Source: Octopus sinensis (taxonomy: Eukaryota). From it: DNA of 38,384 nucleotides. Shown piece after piece: positions 35,735 to 38,384 of the stretch. The number at the start of each line of letters is the position of its first letter. Within the stretch, counting starts at the first letter, position 1. The position numbers were made by a program, and so were the translations under genes. Where the stretch lies: positions 1-38,384 of the forward strand of contig NW_021835707.1 in the NCBI RefSeq assembly GCF_006345805.1. The letters run 5' to 3'. The notes below the pieces were generated by a model. It worked only from the letters and a program-made list of their open reading frames with translations. It had not been told where the DNA came from and searched no databases.

Positions 35735-38384
35735 TTTCTTTATTCACCATAAGGTTGAGAAAAAGAGGAGACAAACAAACGTTGGAGTCAGGGTTTCGAA
35801 TGAGACGAAACGTATGAATAACAAACAATTAAAATATATACAATTAAATGAGAATGAGTGAATAACAAAAAAATAGCGGAGGACACGGTTGACCCCACAA
35901 ACCACATACACTGAAACTTCGATTTCTCGATTTCTCCTTTTCTACATTCTCGATTAAACAGGTTCTTTCACTCGCAACATACTTGCTATAGACTTCCATC
36001 TATTACGAAACACACTTTGCGACAGGCATTTCTTCTCCAGCCTTATTTTCCGTTTCATGTGGAAAACGAAAAAGTCGATTAGCTCGAGACTGGAGATAAA
36101 CATGCTTGTTGCAATTCCTTTTACTCTCGTCCTCCACACTACTTCTTTCGCCATAGCAACTACCGAAATAAACCAGGCTCGCTCCTCCCTATTCAGGAAG
36201 GTCGGCGGACCGATCTTAATTACAGGTTCGCTCGACAGTTGTACTCTTCTCGAATGCGACAGCAGGTGTTCGACATAAGCCCAGAGTTCAGTCACCTTCG
36301 GGCATTGCACAATTGCGTGCAGGACAGTTTCACTGTCCCTCTTACATCTTGCACAAACCGGCGAAGGTGCACACCCAGGTCTAAAGAGCTTATCTCGAAC
36401 CGGTAAAGCTCCTTTGTAACATTGCCAGGCCAGGGACTTTTGGTAATTATCCATAGGCCCCGGACCGAATGTTCTTTGGAACAGGCTGGCCAGTTGATTT
36501 TCGTCGAAGCCCAGAGTTTCTCCTAGGACGTCGTCACACTTAAACTCTACTAACCCTCTATAGAAGAACGAGGTAGTACCCCCGCCACCGGCGTTGCCCG
36601 ACTGGGAGAGAAGCACGAGTGCCTGATAGCACTCTGCATGCCACATGCCCAACCTCGGTCTACACTTGATCCATGGGTTCAGTTCGTTAAACGATGTGAA
36701 CTGTGGAAATAACAGCTTGACAAACGGAGACCACACCTGCTCACCGTCCAGGTAAATCCAGAGGTGCCTAAGCCTGAGCGCATTTTTAGCCACGGCATCC
36801 CTAACCCACCCTTCAGCGGCTTTTGGCAGCAAATAGAGCGCCTTACAAGAGGTCTGCTGCCCCTCCACAAAAAGCGAAAGAGCATGCGTTCCAGTTTGTT
36901 CAGCCACGGATCAGGGCAAGGCACGACGGTCAGGCGGTAAGTGATTACAGAGGCGATAAACACTTCTGCAACCTCCGCCCTCCCTTTCAAGGACAGCTTC
37001 CGCTCAGACCATGTCTGAGTTAGGAGAGCCACCTTTCTCGCCACCTCGCTCCAGTTCTTCTCTATCTGGAGATCTGGACCTAACCAGATCCCAAGCATTT
37101 TCACCGGTCCTTCCGTCCAACGTCCTACGACGCTGTCGGAAGAAATCGTCTTGCCCCTCCAGGTGCCGAGTTGCAAGCCGACCGATTTATCCCGGTTGAC
37201 TTTCGCTCCTGCCACCGTTTCGTAGTCCCTTAAGGCCTCACCCACCCACTGTAGGTGCTCGACTCGGGAAACGATGACGGTGATGTCGTCCGCATGCGCC
37301 GAAGCTGACTTTCCGCACCCAAGATCTTGCGGAGTGCCTTTCATAGTTTCCAACCTCCTCAGCAACGGCTCGAGGGCCAAAACGTAGAGAAGCGGGGAGA
37401 GAGGACACCCTTGACGTACCGAACGTTCAATGCTGAACGGCTCCGAAAGGAAACCATTTACCCGAACTACCGATTCGATGTTGCTGTATAAAGCGATGAT
37501 CCATCCGCGGAAGGTCGGGCCGAAGCCAGCCGCCGCCAGATACTGATGGTCCACCCTATCAAACGCTTTCGATTGGTCCTAGTGGACCATAGCCCCACTC
37601 TTGCCAGGAATCCTATTTACCCTTTCTAAGGCATAGCGTAGAAAGTGGAGATTGTCGTGGATGGTCCTTCCAGGGATGGCGCAAGTTTGCGCCTCGCAAC
37701 AAGTTCACCCAAGACCCGCGCCAACCTTTTTGCTAAGACCTTGGCCAAGATCTTCAACTCTGCGTTAAGCAGAGTGATAGGCCGGAAATTATCAATTAAA
37801 TCCCCCTTGTTTGGGTCCTTTCTTAACAGCGCTACCACCCCTCGGCTCACAGACTTAGGAATTCTCCCGTTCTGCTGCCAGTTGGTGTACACGCATGCAA
37901 GTAGGTGCCCAAACAAGTCTGGCATGCTACTATAGAGTTCGTAAGGCAGATCATCGAGTCCCGGCGATTTGTCCCCGCCGCAGTCTGCCAACATATCCTC
38001 GACTTCTTTGGCTGTGATCGGCGCCTCACAAGATTCCGCGTCCGGCCTCGATAGACGCGGCGAACCGGCTAGGAACTCTGCGAGCTTCTCCCCGCGCTCC
38101 AGCTCGCCGCTCCTCCCGAATAGCTGGCCGAAATGATCATGAAACACCTTGCACATCTCCTCGGGTTCGTTTACTAATCGACCATTTGGGCCCGTCAAGG
38201 ATCGAATGGTTGAGTTGTTGCCATGCTGGCCCTCTACCACCCGGGCCCATCCGACTGCGTTGATCCCTTCCTGTCTCATTGCACGGATCTTAGCCCTGAC
38301 AATGCACCCTTTATGTTTAGCTTTGAGATGTTAGTCGAGTGCTAACCTCGCCGCTAACACTTTCGATGCACTGCCTGATCTCAT
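35735..38384 (-). mobile_element. Tx1/L1-clade LINE, ORF2 3' part, running off the window edge
   Basis: KSPGLDDLPYELY, NFRPITLLNAELKILAKVLAKRL, *DQSKAFDRV, SVRQGCPLSPLLY, AHADD, and the zinc finger CARC...ETVLHAIVQC. Frameshifts near 37697 and 36775; TAG at 37579-37581; AATAAA near 35740. Confidence 0.9.

Overview
AT-rich, microsatellite-rich animal genomic DNA made almost entirely of transposable elements; I could not support any host protein-coding exon. The repeat complement suggests a coleoid cephalopod such as Octopus (inference from recalled repeat families, not checked). Contents: a near-complete CR1-type LINE (226-4650), a 3' fragment of the same family nested in a BovB-like RTE, a head-to-head pair of L2/CR1-group LINE fragments, several copies of a second RTE family, two mariner relics, Helitron-like termini, a Tx1/L1-clade LINE at the right edge, and three Penelope-like element (PLE) remnants. 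The most notable structure is at 24.15-27.12 kb: a GIY-YIG-only PLE segment enclosed by ~820-bp, ~99% identical inverted repeats, each carrying a canonical type I hammerhead ribozyme. Further hammerheads (17482-17544 intact, 34745-34788 near-intact, decayed ones at 17947-17985 and 7282-7321) mostly lie at or near local inverted duplications. All alignments and foldings were done by eye.
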